Source: Octopus vulgaris
Taxonomy: Eukaryota
Direction of reading: 5' to 3'
NCBI GenBank assembly: GCA_951406725.2
Contig: OX597826.1
Location: forward strand, 45,384,001 to 45,448,000
Length of the DNA stretch: 64,000 nt
Position 1 is the stretch's first letter, and each line of letters starts with the position of its first letter. A program made the position numbers and the translations under genes. Below are positions 12,851-28,084 of the stretch, piece by piece. Under the pieces are notes generated by a model. That model worked only from the letters and a program-made list of their open reading frames with translations, made no database searches and was not told the origin of the DNA.

Positions 12851-14708
12851 GTGTGTTGTGCTATTTTAATTTCTATGTTGAAAATTGCAACAATAATAAA
12901 TATGAATATGTCGAGATACTTGGAACATTAACGGTAATAGCCTCACCTGTCACGGTGAATCTACAGGCGTCAAAAAAAAAACCCAGATACTAAAGACAAT
13001 GGTAATGAGAGATGAATGTAGGGAGCATAGCTCTATAGAAGAATCCCAATGGACCACTCTAATGAAGCTGCTTCACATTAGATCACTCAACCTTGAACCA
13101 TATCAGTTCAAAAACACGACCTGAATGTCTAAAAATCCGTGACTATAGGCTGCAAACTCCAGATTCCAAAGCGAACATAGTAGCACACTTGAAACGTCTC
13201 AAGAAGCTATGAAAGATTTAACTGTTACAAGTCACATTATGAATTAGACATATAGCGGTATGTATAAGAAATATCTAGTTTATCTAACGATGTATAAGAT
13301 GATGTTAATCCCAAATGTGTACAACGACAAAGGCATTAATAAAGTATGCAAAAAGAAATGAGTTGAACAAGAATCGAAACCCGGTCGCCAACTTAACTTG
13401 CTTAATCTACAGCGCTTAATAATTAATACTTTCTTTGCTGTAAATCAAAGGGTTATGATAATAAGGCAGATTAAAGAATGTTACTTCAGTAAAGGTTACT
13501 GATCCATACTTGACTCCAAATTAATGCTGGTAAATATCTTAATGATATCGTTCTAGAGACAAGCCAAGTCCACATTAAAGGCTAAGTCCACATTAAAGCA
13601 ATATGAACTCAGAAACGTGAGATAGCTCTCAAGATATGGTAGCATGATTTGTCCATCAAGCTTAACGTCTGTGCCAACTTGCCTGCTTTAATATCATAGC
13701 AGTAATGACCTTTGTAGTTTCATAGTATCAAAAGGTCAATTGTAGGCGTCAAGAAATATTAAATCATTTCGGGGTGAACTTCCATATAGTATTAAGGAAA
13801 CTTTCCTTCAACATCTTCAGTTCCGCATCAGTAATGATCACTCACTAGTTCAACGATGTGGAAACAAGCTATAAACCGGGATTGAACCTGACTTCTCGGT
13901 TTAGTTGTTCACTGTAATGTTGCCAACTCGACAGTGACATTTATTTCGTAATAGCTATTGATTTATAACGTAAGAATCGTTCTTGTTACAAAATTGATTT
14001 TTCTGCTGGTTGTCAAGTCTTAAGCTCTTTCCATACATTCATTTGAGAAATCAATAATCGTTGCTGAAAGCTGGGATCATTGAAAGCAAATATCTTAGTC
14101 GACAATTCTTCAATTATCTACATCCGAAGGGTACTCTCGACACTGCGCTTTCAAGAACATTATTAATAGTTTAGGATATATACATTATCTGTGCCCATCT
14201 GTCTGTCTGTCTTTCTCAAATGCAAGTGCCCGCTTCCTAATGCAAAAGTTATTGAGTGGTCAGTGCCTTTAGCTGTCAGATTCAAAAGTACACTGTTAAG
14301 TTCCAACGTTTATTTGGCTCTCTCAAGAGTATCTTTTGAAGAGAAGTGAGAGGAAAGTATCTTGCTCCGATTAACTTCTTATGCTTTGTGAAAGAGAGGA
14401 TGAACATTCGTCCATATTTCGTCAGTGTTTCATCAGCTTATTTTAGTTTCTGTATACTTGAAAAACAGATAAAGGGAGATAAAGAGATTCAAAGATAGAT
14501 ACAATGATAAATTGATAGATAGTTAGATAGATAGATAGACAGATAGAGAAAGAGATAGAGAGATAGAGAGAGATAGAGAGAGAGAAAGAGAGATACTTAA
14601 GTAGAGAGATAAATAATTAGGTACGTAGAGAACAAGCTATATTGTTAGCTAGCTAGCCAGTTAATTAGATAGATAGATAGATAGATAGATATAGATAGAT
14701 AGAGATAG

Positions 14709-14739
<31 letters not shown>

Positions 14740-14964
14740 CAGTGAGAGGGGGAGGAGTGGGGAGGACCGAGAGAAATTTTAAAGTAGACGTTCAATAATT
14801 GCTTGCTACGTTTACTAAAACCAGGCGAGAAAAATATTTCCTAGCATTGCGTATAGTAACAGTTGTTAAGTATACAACTGTCAGTCAGTCTCTAATTCTT
14901 AAGTTCTTAACCATCACACACATACGTCCATACATATGAGCATAGATAAATACATATGTATGTG

Positions 14965-15045
<81 letters not shown>

Positions 15046-15501
15046 GTGTGTGTGTGTGAGCGCATGTATTTGTGTATATATGCATGCGCACATGCATAGG
15101 TGAGTGCATATGCATATGTTTGGATGCGTGTCTCAGTGTGTGTCGGTGTAAGTAACCAGCAGGTCTAAAGACTGAAAACACACCTGCACAAAAAATTCTT
15201 GACCACGCCGTCACCCTTGACTGCCATAACTGCCCATCAAAGTTCTCCACATGCCTTAGGGCCGTTCAGTCTAATGCCACAAACACCATCCCCATTTACA
15301 TTAGCTTCTGTGTATTTTTTTATTTTGGTACCAACCACTATCTGACTACAACTTTTTCCTCATTTCGCCATAATGTGCGTGGACTACTAGCACAATATCA
15401 GCCTATAACTTGGAGCGAAAATAAAATGTAAATCTTACAACTTTTGAAGTATTATCTGATGTCGTTGCATCGGGTCACACAAACATACATACACACACAC
15501 A

Positions 15502-15563
<62 letters not shown>

Positions 15564-15599
15564 CAGACACACACACACACACACACACATACATTTATA

Positions 15600-16908
15600 C
15601 GGAGTGAGGCAGAGAGGACGGACGTTTTTGAATTGGCTATTACTCAACCCCAGAGGGAAGGACATATGTCCAACAGGTACCATTCGGTCCGTGGTGTCTT
15701 AGCATTAAAAAAAAAAAATTCTGGTGAAACCATGGCGCTGTCGACGATAGAGCATCGCGGGTTGGCCGACGATAGTTACGTGAAGATTAAAGAGACTGTC
15801 ACAGCGTGGGTTTCGGCGCCTTTTCAACACCCGTAACACAATCTTGCGTTGGGTGAATGCATATCGTACACGAGGTACACTAATGAATAGGAGACCGCTG
15901 GGGGCGTCACGAATAGAACGGATCCCGCAAAATGTGGAACGCGTCAGACAAGCTTTGATACGGTGTTTGAATCGCTCTGCTCGGAGGCTTTCCACTGAAC
16001 TTGGTATCGGTAGTCGATCGGTAAGGCGTATTTTGCATGAAGACCTGCTTCTACCCGTACAAACTGGTCATTGGGTAACAGTTGAAACCATGGCACTATG
16101 CACAGCGGCTTCCCTTTGCAGGTCAGATGGAAGCAATTTTTGAGGCAAATGGCAACCTCATTTTGTTAATGATTGATGAAGCTCATTTTTGTCTCAATGA
16201 CAGGGTGAATCAACAGAACTGTCGTTATTGGGCTCTTGAAAATCCGAGAGAACTGCACGAAAGACCACTGTTCAGCCGAAAAGTGACATCTAGTGTGCTG
16301 TTGGAAAAGCTGCCATCATTGGCCCTTACTATTTTTGAAGACAATACTGGAAATGCTGTTACTGTGAATTCCGAGCGTCACCTCGAGAAGATAAACAACT
16401 TATTTGTGCCTGAATTACGACGAAAACTTATGCCTATTCGACGTGTCTGGTTTCAGAAGGATGTGGCGACGGCCCACACACCCAGAGCATCAATGGACGT
16501 TCTTCGCCCTCTCCTCAGTGGCGGCCTCATTTCCAGATTTGCAGACTTGCCTTGGCCCACTCAGTCCCCTGATTTGTCTATGTTTGATTATTTCTTTCGG
16601 GGAAGCTTCAAGGCACGCGTGTATGCGCACGAGCCCCGTACATTAGACCTTTTGAAGGAAGCTGTTCGCGTGGAAGTCACCCAGATCGACAGAGCAATCC
16701 TGGAGAGATTGGAAACCAATTTCCAAGAACGGCTTCAGAAATGAAATCAATGAAAACAGACACCACATGATGGATGTTGTTTTCCACACTTCATTTTGAC
16801 AAATGCTAATTCAATACAAATACATTGATGTCAACAAAATTTGTTTGAAGCTAAAATTAATGATTTTGTGAATTTTTCAAGAACGTCCGTCCTCTCTGCA
16901 CCACCCAG
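15600..16908 (+). mobile_element. Full-length, decayed DD41D (rosa-type) Tc1/mariner with TIRs and TA TSD
   Basis: TIRs C(G)GAGTGAGGCAGAGAGGACGGACGTTTTTGAA and TTCAAGAACGTCCGTCCTCTCTGCACCACCCAG, both flanked by TA. Motifs MIDEAHF and FQKD-(41 aa)-D within WPTQSPDLSMFD. Frameshifted. Confidence 0.9.
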
Positions 16909-17001
<93 letters not shown>

Positions 17002-17085
17002 GTATGTATGCGTATGTCTATGTATATATATATATATATTTGTGTATGTTTATGCGTGTGTGTGTGTGTGTGTGTATATATATTA

Positions 17086-17121
<36 letters not shown>

Positions 17122-17130
17122 TGTATGTAT

Positions 17131-17522
17131 AGGTGCAGGTGTGGCTGTGTGGTAGGATTCTTGCTTCTCAAACACATGGCTCCGAGTTCAGTCCCACTGC
17201 GTGGCACCTTTTATAAATATCTTTTATTATAACCCTGGGCCGACCAAAGGCTTGTAAGTGAATTTGGTAGTCCGAAACTGAAGGAAGCCCATCCTAACTA
17301 TATATATGTATATGTACATGTATGTGTGTGTGTCTATGCCTGTGTTATCACCCCACCATCGCTTGACACGCGATACTGCTGCATTTTCGTCCCTGTAACT
17401 TAGTGGTTCGAAATGGGTGGCTGATAGAATAAGTACTAAGCTTAAAAAGAATAAGTCCTTGGGTCGATTTCTTTGACTAAAACCCTTAAGATGGTGCTTC
17501 AGCATGGCTGCAGTCAAAATGA
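17131..17522 (+). mobile_element. SINE family C copy (diverged)
   Basis: Aligns to 6618-7012 and 24156-24562. Confidence 0.82.
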
Positions 17523-17602
<80 letters not shown>

Positions 17603-18422
17603 AATGCTCATTTTGCAATCATGAGACTTCGGTTCCAAATACTTGGCAAGTGCTCTCCAAAATACCTTCGGGGTGTGAGTTAATTGGAGTGGAAGGAAAC
17701 TATACGGAAGCTCGTCGGATGAATTTTATGGGTTGCCTGAAGCCGTTCCTGATATTGCTCGTATGAAATATTGCTCTTGGAAATGTTATTTAAATGATTT
17801 TATTGAAATGAAGATCGATCTGTCTTTAGGATGACATACCTTTGAGGTAATATGTATTAGTTTAACGTGTTGTTAAAGTTGAAGCCGTTGTTGTTGTTGA
17901 TATGATTTAGCCCCTGGTCAGCTCATAGTGAGCAGACTTATGATTGAGATATTATAACCATGACCATCCAACTGTATTTCTAGTTAAAATATTATGCTTT
18001 TAGTGTTACAATCCAATAGTCTGATGTATGTTGAATGTTGCTTGTAGTTCGACTAATCCTGTGTCTCTCAGACATCTTTTGCCTATGGATCCCTTTGGTT
18101 CTTATTTTCCTCAGATGGACCCTCTTAGCCATTCGATTTTTAAAAAGGCCTATTATATTCTTATAATCAAATATCATCAGGAATTGAATTAAAAAAAATT
18201 AAAATATTTATGTATTGCAGAAGTATAACCGATTTATTGCCAATAAATTTTAATAACAAAATCTTATACGGACCCCAGTTGAGAACCATTTTAGTAGGTC
18301 GAATGTAGGTCACGCTGAGGATGCATATTTAAAGTGACGTATTTTGTTGTAATATGACCAGCCATTAGGTATGCTCAAAGTTACGCGCTTGTAGTACGAT
18401 TAGTCTTTAATGTAACGTATGT

Positions 18423-18637
18423 CGTTACCAACTCGGCTGAAACCGGTTCGGGCTCTGTAGTACAAATGTCTTGTTTTCATAAGTTTTGAATTAAAATCTT
18501 CCACCAAACCTTAGTCAAAATTTAGGTTCCTAACACTAGCTTAATGATAACTAAGTTATTTTACTAAATTCTTTGTCATATTTAAAATAATTAAAAGAAA
18601 CACAGAGCACCTCAAAATAAATACAGTAACGAAAGGG
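18423..18637. mobile_element. piggyBac-like MITE, left end clipped
   Basis: Right end GTAACGAAAGGG followed by TTAA. The left remnant TCGTTAC is the inverted match. Confidence 0.55.
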
Positions 18638-19342
18638 TTAACACATCACTCTAAGACGAATGTTTGTGATGTATCTTTAGCAGGGTTTATATGTAAAGCG
18701 ACATATTTGTAGTTGTATAACTAGTCTTTAGAGTGATGTATGTCGAAAATAATGTACTGGCAGTATGACGAGATGGCTAGTCTTTAATATGATGTGTTTA
18801 ACACGTCATATTAAACTGTTAGGTTTGCGAGTGAATGAGACTTTTGAGTGATTGCCGGAAATAACAGCTGAATGAAGGAAGACTCGTATTTAATCACCAG
18901 TACTGCACTGTGTCCTCGAGTGAGTGTCTCCACTCACAAGATCCTTTCTACAGAGATATTACAGCCCATCACTATTAGAATAAGCAACATAAGGCAGATG
19001 TTTGTTTCGTAAATATACGGCAATCAGTTCAACTACGCCTCTGAGTATAGATTAGTTTAGATTATTGTCTAGTTTGGGAGTATATTTGTGTGTGTGTGTT
19101 TAAGTGCGTATAAACGAACTCACAAATATACATTCTTATCCGCGTGTGCGCGCGCACTCACAGACACAGAATTATATAGACATACTCTTGTCAGCGCACT
19201 GTCACACGCATGTACACAAAGACACACACATACACTCAAACATACATAGAAAAACACACGTTCTAAAAATTTGCTAGTGTAAGCACTTTAGAAACCACAT
19301 AAACGCGTATTCGCGTGTGCATACACACACACGTGTGTGTGC

Positions 19343-19425
<83 letters not shown>

Positions 19426-19448
19426 TATATACATATACATATACATAA

Positions 19449-19491
<43 letters not shown>

Positions 19492-19949
19492 CATATATTT
19501 ACATAATGTGTGTGTGTATATACATATGTATAAAGACATGCACACATACAATCATGGATATATAATATTACGTGATTTGGACTATCAATAACTGCTTGTA
19601 TACAGCAGCTATCAGTTTGAAAGAGCACTTAGGAGATACTAACAGTGCATACTGTAATAAAGTTACTTAACGTAAGCAGGCCATGTGTAAAAGAAAACTA
19701 GAAGTTAACGTCAACAACTGCAGAATCAGACACTTAAATACCATCATAATGTGAAAGGTGACTAAAAGGTTCACAGCACAGTAACAACATCGGATGAAAA
19801 AAAACAAACAAAAATGTTCGGAGAGTTTACTCTCCAAACTCTTGGAGAGGAAAGAAATAAATATATTCAAAACACGGACAGAAGACGTTAAGTGAAAAAC
19901 TTTGTTATCGGGGAAAAGGGGGAAAAAAAAAAAATGACTATCAGAAAAA

Positions 19950-21600
19950 AAAAAATGACTATTCAGTGAGCCGACGATGTCAACTTGAAGTTTGCTTCTA
20001 ATCAAAAAAGCTGTATAAGGCGGATGAAGGAGAAGAAGAAAAATATATTAGTAAAAAAATATAAAATAAAATTAAAATGAAGAACCACTTCTTAGGAAGA
20101 TATTGAATCATTTTAGTAAAAAAAAAAAAAATAATAATAATAATAATAATAAAAAACAGATGGAAAAGGGATTTCAGTCAAAATGGATCATGGCTAGATA
20201 CAATCAAGGAAGAATACCACACCAATATAATCAATATTGGAATTTTTTGTATTAGGAAATCTGCATAATGAGACGGTATCAGAAACAGATCTAACATCTG
20301 GATATTGGTACAACGTATCAGCGCTTTACAGAGTCACCAGTATGTATAATTATAAGAACTCTGGAAGCCAGAGTAGCATATCAAATTACCTTGATGAAGG
20401 ACGGACAAATCTTGTGCACAAGAATGAAAACACCGACTTGGCAGAAACCAGTACGTTAATTACTTACCTATATGTGTGTGTTTTGAGGCAAATGACAACC
20501 TCATTTTGTTAATGAGTGATGAAGCTCATTTTCGTCACAATGGCATGGTTAATCAACAGAACTGTCGTTATTGGGCTCTTGAAAATCCGAGAGAACTGCA
20601 CGAAAGACCACTGTTCAGCCGAAAATTAACGTCTGGTGTGCTGTTGGAAAAGCTGCCGTCCATTGGTCCTTACTATTTTTGAAGACAATACTGGAAATGC
20701 TGTTACTGTGAACTCCGAGCGTCACCTCGAGATGATATACAACTTCTTTGTGGTCTAATTACGACGAAAACTTATGCCTATTCGACCCTAACCCTATACA
20801 TAACTTGTCTAATTATTCGAAGCTCAATGCAAGCCCAATAAGCTAGTGTCTGATGTGCAGGCCGGTGAAATCCAATGTAAGGATGTGTCGTACAACTTTT
20901 GATAAATAAGGCTCTGTTGTCTGAAGTATAAACGAAACACTACAGGAACCTAGTAACAGTAAGTCTTGAGTACAGGATGGTGTTCAGATCTAATCACCAT
21001 TCGTGCATTTTGCAAACTATCTGCTCCCTTTGTTTCTGATGTACCAGGGCTGACAAAAAATATTATCAACAATACGCATTCTAAAAACTAAAAGTTAAAT
21101 TATGGTGTTGAATGTTACAAACCTTTCTGAAAAGAATGTTCCAATGAGGCAGACGGTGCTTCTGTTTATTTTTTACTCTAATTCCGCTGCCAGTTCTATA
21201 ACAAAATCCCAAAGGCTATACTGGAATCGACAATATCAAAATATACATAAGCAACTCATAATTTCTTTATGAAGCATGTATAGAGACCTACAAGGAAAAT
21301 ATTCATCATCTTGAAACATAGCTGGATTTTCAAATAATATCTTCTGCTGACACAGGATTGGAATTTGGCTAAAATGAATGCTAATATGTGATAGCAGAAC
21401 GTTTTCTAACCTGAAACAGTAATCTCAATGGTTTGTCTCTCCCCGATACTTGTTACACAACGAATAATGAAAATACTTAGATAGTAATGAAATTGTATCA
21501 TATAACGCTACCAAGAAGTTAATACGACCGAAGAATATTATACCAAACTTTAAAAAGTGTTTACTTCTTATTACAAGACAATATTTCCCAGTCCATTTGC
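19950..21600 (+). mobile_element. Degenerate R4/Dong-like (RLE) LINE RT region, interrupted by a DD41D fragment
   Basis: Motifs DLTSGYW, YLDEGRTNLVHKNENT...LITYL (GRT.L.PK...NYRPITCL-like), QLLINKAL...RNL and DTGLEFG*NEC (MEFGLDKC-like). Confidence 0.6.
20480..20786 (+). mobile_element. Internal fragment of the DD41D rosa-type element
   Basis: Near-identical to 16138-16443 (MSDEAHF...NQQNCRYWALENP). Confidence 0.88.
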
Positions 21601-21769
21601 ACTCTCAGTAATGATACCATTGTTTGAGTGCCATATTCGTTTGTAGAGTAAAGGACTCTAGAGATATTAAAACCTGCATGATCCTGTCAGCAACTGGAAG
21701 ATTGCACAAGAATAGCGATATAAACAGTCACAAAGGGGAGAGATGAAGGAAATAATTATGATTTGTGCA

Positions 21770-23017
21770 TGAGGGTCGGCTGAAACATTAATAGACTGAC
21801 CAAGATAATTTCATTGGTTGTGACCATATGAAATTTATTTTTTAACGAAGGTTTCCACCAAGGAAAGGCTAGTGATGTCTATGGAGGAGGAATGGTAAAG
21901 CTGTGAATTCCTGCATGCATTAATTTCGACCTTTCTTATTAGTAACTGCATTGTTTCTTTCAGGTAAACTGATATCTGACTGTTCAAAGAGCACTTCATA
22001 TGTAACTAGTAAGGACTTCTCTTGAAAACGGGGAAATTTGGCACTGGGATGTTAACAAATATCTTCAGAGAAACGGTCTAGCCTACAAAAACATTGATGC
22101 TGACATGCTTGTTACTTTAGGGGATGACGCTGTAGGTTTATCAATGGTGCAAAAGTGGGCAGATTAATTAAAAAGGAGAAGAGAGAATCTGGAAGATGAC
22201 CCAAGATATGGACATCCTGAAAATGCCACCACTGAAGAAAAATATTGATCGTATTCATCACACAGTGATGGATGATAGGCGATTGACTATATAGCCAATG
22301 CTATTTGCATTTCCCGTGAGAGAGTTGAGAATATGCGACACAATGAACTCGGTATGATGAAGATTTCTGCTCGCTGGCTGCTACGTCTTCTGACTCCTGA
22401 TCAAAAGCGCAATAAGTTGATCACATCAAGGTAATGTCTGACAGTGTTTGAAGCATATCTAGCTGGTTTCTTTGAACGTCTTCCAAACCAGGAAGAGTGC
22501 TTCAGAATGGCCAAGGGAGATTGATGGCTTCAGTCTTTTGAGGTGCAAAAGGAATTGTGTTTATTGACTATCTTCAACAGGGCCTCACCATCAACGGAGA
22601 GTACTATGCCAACTTACTCAGGCAGTTATGAAAGGAAAACTGAAAAAAGGGGTCTAATTTCACGGGAACAAAACTCCAGCACACAAATCCTTCGTTTCAA
22701 TGAGTGCAGTGCGTGATTGTGGCTTTGAACTGGTTGACCACCCTCTCTTTTCCCCCTGATTTGGTCCCTATCTGACAATAATCTTAAAAACACTTTGATG
22801 GGAAGGAGTAGCGCAGGGGTAATGACGTCATATATGCTGTTGCTGACTTTTTAAACCAACAGAACGAAAGCTTTTTCACCAATGGCATGGAAGCACTGAA
22901 ACACCGATAGAACAACTCTGTGAACTGCAACGGGGTCAATGTTGACAAATAAAACTCATTTGGTCTCATTCTATGAGAGTATTTTAGTTAGCCTATGAAC
23001 TTTTCAGCCGACCCTCG
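21770..23017 (+). mobile_element. Full-length decayed mariner element (probably DD34D)
   Basis: TIRs (C)GAGGGTCGGCTGAAA... and ...TTTCAGCCGACCCTCG-TA. Degenerate EDD.R.G.P, WLLRLLTPDQK (WVPRLL-like) and HP..PDL..SD motifs. Length 1.25 kb. Confidence 0.85.
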
Positions 23018-23533
23018 TACATATTATGAAGAGTACTGCAAAATTGCATGAAGTTTAATATGTAGCAAAATTCACATGTGCAATAGCATCCATGCCTGCT
23101 CACGCGTGTGCGCGTGTACATGTATATGCAAAGACACTGACACAGATACATACATACATACATATAGGCATATATGCAAGTCTATATATACACACATACA
23201 TACATGCCTCGATATATCTATGGACCTTTGATAAGGAGGTTGCAAATATAGTACCCAAGATACACTTTCAGCTTTATACCCTATATTATTGGAGCATTAG
23301 TATACATACCAATCTGCCTGGAGCAAAGAATGGCTGAATCTGGAATCTTCAGGAGAGAATGCAAAACCTTTATTCATAAGCTACAAATGATCGCGATATC
23401 TAGGATTATAAAAATCTGCATAACCTTCTTAACATTTAAAGGATGACGGTTAAGACATGATATTTCCCTTCACAATCTTGCTACCAAATTACTGGCCGCT
23501 CAAAATTTACTCTAAATAAGAGAAAGAGAAAAA

Positions 23534-23876
23534 CATACATACATACATACATACATACATACATACAGACAGACATACAGACAGACATACATACATACAT
23601 ACATACATACATACAGACATACAGACATACATACATACATACAGACAGACAGACAGACATACATACATACAGACAGACAGACAGACATACATACAGACAG
23701 ACAGACATACATACATACATACATACATACAGACAGACAGACATACATACATACAGACAGACAGACAGACAGACATACATACATACATACATACATACAG
23801 ACAGACATACATACATACATACATACATACAGACAGACAGACAGACATACATACATACATACATACATACATACAT

Positions 23877-23927
<51 letters not shown>

Positions 23928-24016
23928 TACATACATGCATACATACAGACAGACATACATACATACATACATACATACATACATACATACATACATACAT
24001 GCATACATACATACAT
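23534..24016. repeat. Compound (CATA)n/(CAGA)n microsatellite
   Basis: Direct reading; source of several artefactual ORFs. Confidence 0.95.
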
Positions 24017-24155
24017 AGATACGTACAAGTCTATTTAATAGATATTGTCTAAATTCCAATGGAACAGACACTTGTTTTTAGGTTGGAAACCGGCTCTTCT
24101 TACATTGATGAGAAATTCGAAGAATAAAACCAGGAAAATATATATATATAAACAT

Positions 24156-24309
24156 AGGCGCAGGAGTGGCTGTGTGGTAAGTAGCTTGCTAACCAACCAC
24201 ATGGTTCCGGGTTCAGTCCCACTGCGTGGCATCTTGGGCAAGTGTCTTCTGTTATAGCCCCGGGCCAACCAAAGCCTTGGTAGACGGAAACTGAAAGAAG
24301 CCTGTCGTA

Positions 24310-24354
<45 letters not shown>

Positions 24355-24562
24355 ATGTGTTTGTGTGTCTGTGTTTGTCCCCCTAGCATTGCTTGACAAC
24401 CGATGCTCGTGTGTTTACGTCCCCGGTTCGGCAAAAGACACCGATAGAATAAGTACTGGGCTTACAAAAGAATAAGTCCCGGGGTCGATTTGCTCGACTA
24501 AAGGCGGTGCTCCAGCATGGTCGCAGTCAAATGACTGAAACAAGTAAAAGAGTAAAAGAGAG
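24156..24562 (+). mobile_element. SINE family C copy
   Basis: Complete head, internal (TA)n(TG)n tract and GAGTAAAA tail. Confidence 0.88.
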
Positions 24563-25502
24563 TATACGCGTACTGATATACATACATTCACACATACGCG
24601 CAAAACAAATGCACACTTACATGTGTATACACATATACGAACATACACGCAGGCAGATTCACTCATACAGTACATGCACACTGATATATATATACATATA
24701 TATATACGTATTTACATACAAACGCATATACAAATATTGCATGTATACGCGTAATTCTCACATTTGCATACGAATACATATACGTATACATACATATAAA
24801 TGAAAATATGCATAAATGCATACTTATAAACATACACATATGTATGTAAGCAAGAATCACTCGATGGGCAGGCTATATCTTTACAATAACGAACCGGACT
24901 CTTGAAAATTTATTACTATGAAATTCTAGATATTTTTAGTAAATAATGAACATTAATTTAACGATGTCTGAATATCGGTTTTGGTAAGAACCACCCATAG
25001 AAGTTGCCATATTGCTGACGTTTGTTCAGTTAACATTTACTTCTCGTTGCTTCCTAATTGATGACTTCACAGACAACTAATTTGCAGCGATTTCCTGGCA
25101 GAGATGCATATCACTGAGCCAATTTCTTTTCCTTCCTTTTCTCCTTTTCTCCTTTTCATCTTTATTTCAGTTTCACAATATTATTTTGCTAACGAGGAAA
25201 GCTCGTAAAGAAGTTTCGCTCGACGTAGCGAAAATCTAAGTGTAAAACTTATAAACCATCTTGACGTCGTGGTGGAGGTGAGACCTTCTAATTAAAGCTT
25301 CTGCTGTTTCGTCTGTAGAAATCTTGTTTCAATAATTACCAACTGATTATATTAATCAAATATTGATTTTAGTTAAATTAGAAAGTTGGTCACCAAGAAT
25401 TATGATGGAAGACATTTATGCATGATTGTGCTTGAACTGAATTAACCTTTTTTTAAACCAAAGGTCGATACAACAACAATTAGATTTAAAATTCAAAACA
25501 GC

Positions 25503-25568
<66 letters not shown>

Positions 25569-26138
25569 CATTATTATAATTATTATTATTATTATCATCA
25601 TCATCATTATTATTATTATTATAATTATTATTACTGTTATTATTGTTATCGGCTTGTTTAATAAGAATATATATAATTTTTAATGTTTGCTCTTGTCAAA
25701 AGATAAACAAACAAATTAATTAAGAAATAAATAAACAATAAATTCGTTCTCTTTTTACTTCATTTTTTCGTTTCATTCTATTTTATTTATATTTATTTTA
25801 TTTATTTAGTTGTATGTTTTTATTTGCTTATTTGTATTTTTCGCTTTTTGCTTTTTCAAAAAAAGCCATCTGTCTCTAAATATTTACTTTTATGTTGTCA
25901 CAAGATAAACTGCAAGAAACATAATCATAAAAATATTCAGCTATATTATTTGTCTTTTTTATTTTTTTACTCTTTTTGCATATTATTAAGCTGTGACGTA
26001 TTTTCTTTAACTGCTAATACACACACACATGCACACACACACACACACACTTCTATGTATATGCGTGTGTACGTGCGCTATATGAATTTGTGTGTGCATG
26101 TGATATAGGCATTGTGTTTGTGTGTTTGTGTGTGTATG

Positions 26139-26175
<37 letters not shown>

Positions 26176-26648
26176 GCGGAGTGTTATGGAACAGAAAAGG
26201 CTTGCACATCACGCCTGGCTACATATGTGTATAATACACGCACACACACACATATATACACAAACAAACACTATACGTAGAATATGTAGGAGTGTATACA
26301 CACACACACATATATAGATATGCACACATGCATATAAATATGCATTCAAGCACGCATATTTACATGCACCACAGACTTATCCACACACACCCACACTCCT
26401 GTTTCTCTGTTTGTATAGGTAGAGTGTTGTCGTAGAACTATAAAATCTAGCACATCACATCTAATTACACACGCGTGTATATTTTTATGCTTGTGTAATA
26501 TATGTGTGAGCGTGTGTGCGAATGCGAGTATACATATATATACACACACGCACACACACACACATATACATACATACATACATGCATGCATACATACATG
26601 CATACATACATACATGCATACATGCATGCATACATATATACATATATA

Positions 26649-26698
<50 letters not shown>

Positions 26699-27050
26699 GC
26701 CTGAATGTTTCCATGTTTCCATACACAAAGACATACATTCCCGCATGCAATTTGCACACGTATACACATACACCCTCGCTCCTACCCCCATAGCACATAG
26801 ACACATATACAAACTTGTATGTAATTGACTCTTCCCCCGAGAATGATACATGAATGCTCAGTAAAAGAATAATAAATACAATAAAATAAAATAAAATAAA
26901 ATAAAAAACGTATTGAAGACGATGTGTGTTGTTCGTGAACAACCCGTACAAAGAATTTGAATTTAAGTGGAATAAGGTTGTGTGCAATGCCTCCTTTCAC
27001 TCTTTCTGTCTGCCTGTCCGTCTGTCTCTGTCTCTCTCTGTCTCTCTCTC

Positions 27051-27084
<34 letters not shown>

Positions 27085-27739
27085 CCTCTCTCTCTCTCTC
27101 ACTCTCTCGTAATTGTACAGCATGAGTTAGTGCGTCGTGTGACACGTGCCTGGCATTAAAAAAAAATGATGTATTTTAGTAATGGTAGGGAGTCGCAAGC
27201 CCTGAACAGATCGATACTGATTTCTCTTGTAGTCGAAGTTTCCCTTCTTGATGATTGTCTCATAAATACCGAACATACGCCACCGTTCCAATAAAACACA
27301 CGCGCGCGCATAAACACACGCACATGTTTTTATGCCCGCTATTCTGAGCATTGAAGCGGTGAGGTAGCAAAATTGTTGGCATATCGGGCAAAATGCTAAG
27401 CGGAATGTTTTTCCGGCTCGTTAATATTCTGAGTTCAAATCTAACCAAGGCCAACTTTGCCTTTAATTCCTTCTGGACCGATAAGATAAAATACAAGTCA
27501 AGTAATGGAGTTGGTGCAATCGAATTGCCTCTTCTCTCAAAATTACTAGTCTTGAACCCAACAGCGACCCGGCTGCTCATTCAGGGGAATATTGTGGTTT
27601 CGGTGAGTTATGCGTTAAGAAAACTTCGATTCCAGGTTTAAGACATATAGGTCTCGAGGTAAAAAAAAGAAAATCAGGACATTTCTGTGTTTGTATATAT
27701 GTATGTTTATGTATGTATGTATGTATGTATGCATGTATG

Positions 27740-27812
<73 letters not shown>

Positions 27813-27880
27813 ATATTGATAAAAATGGTAAGACAACAAAAGAATGAAAGAGACCTCGATATTATTTAAATAGAGGAATT

Positions 27881-28084
27881 TATCTGTAAATGTAATATGT
27901 GACAATTATTCGGTAGCCATGATAAAACTCCGAGTTTCGGAGGCCGAGGTGGAAATCCACGCCGCCTTCTCTTCAGATGGCCGGATAACTGAAGAGATGG
28001 CAGCGTGGATTTCCACCTCGGCCTCCGAAACTCGGATTTTTATCATGGCTACCGAATAATTGTCACATATTACATTTACAGATA
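27881..28084. repeat. 96-bp-arm inverted repeat (3 mismatches, 12-nt spacer); Penelope-type inverted pLTR relic between (TA)n tracts
   Basis: 27881-27976 is the reverse complement of 27989-28084. Confidence 0.9.
27978..28051 (+). ncRNA. Type I hammerhead ribozyme motif
   Basis: TGGCCGGATAA-CTGAAGA-[stem II ...GTGGA TT TCCAC...]-GAAA-CTCGGA(G)-TT-TTATCATGGCTA. Stem I GATAA/TTATC extends as TGGCCG/TGGCTA. The left arm preserves the G of the GUU site. Confidence 0.7.
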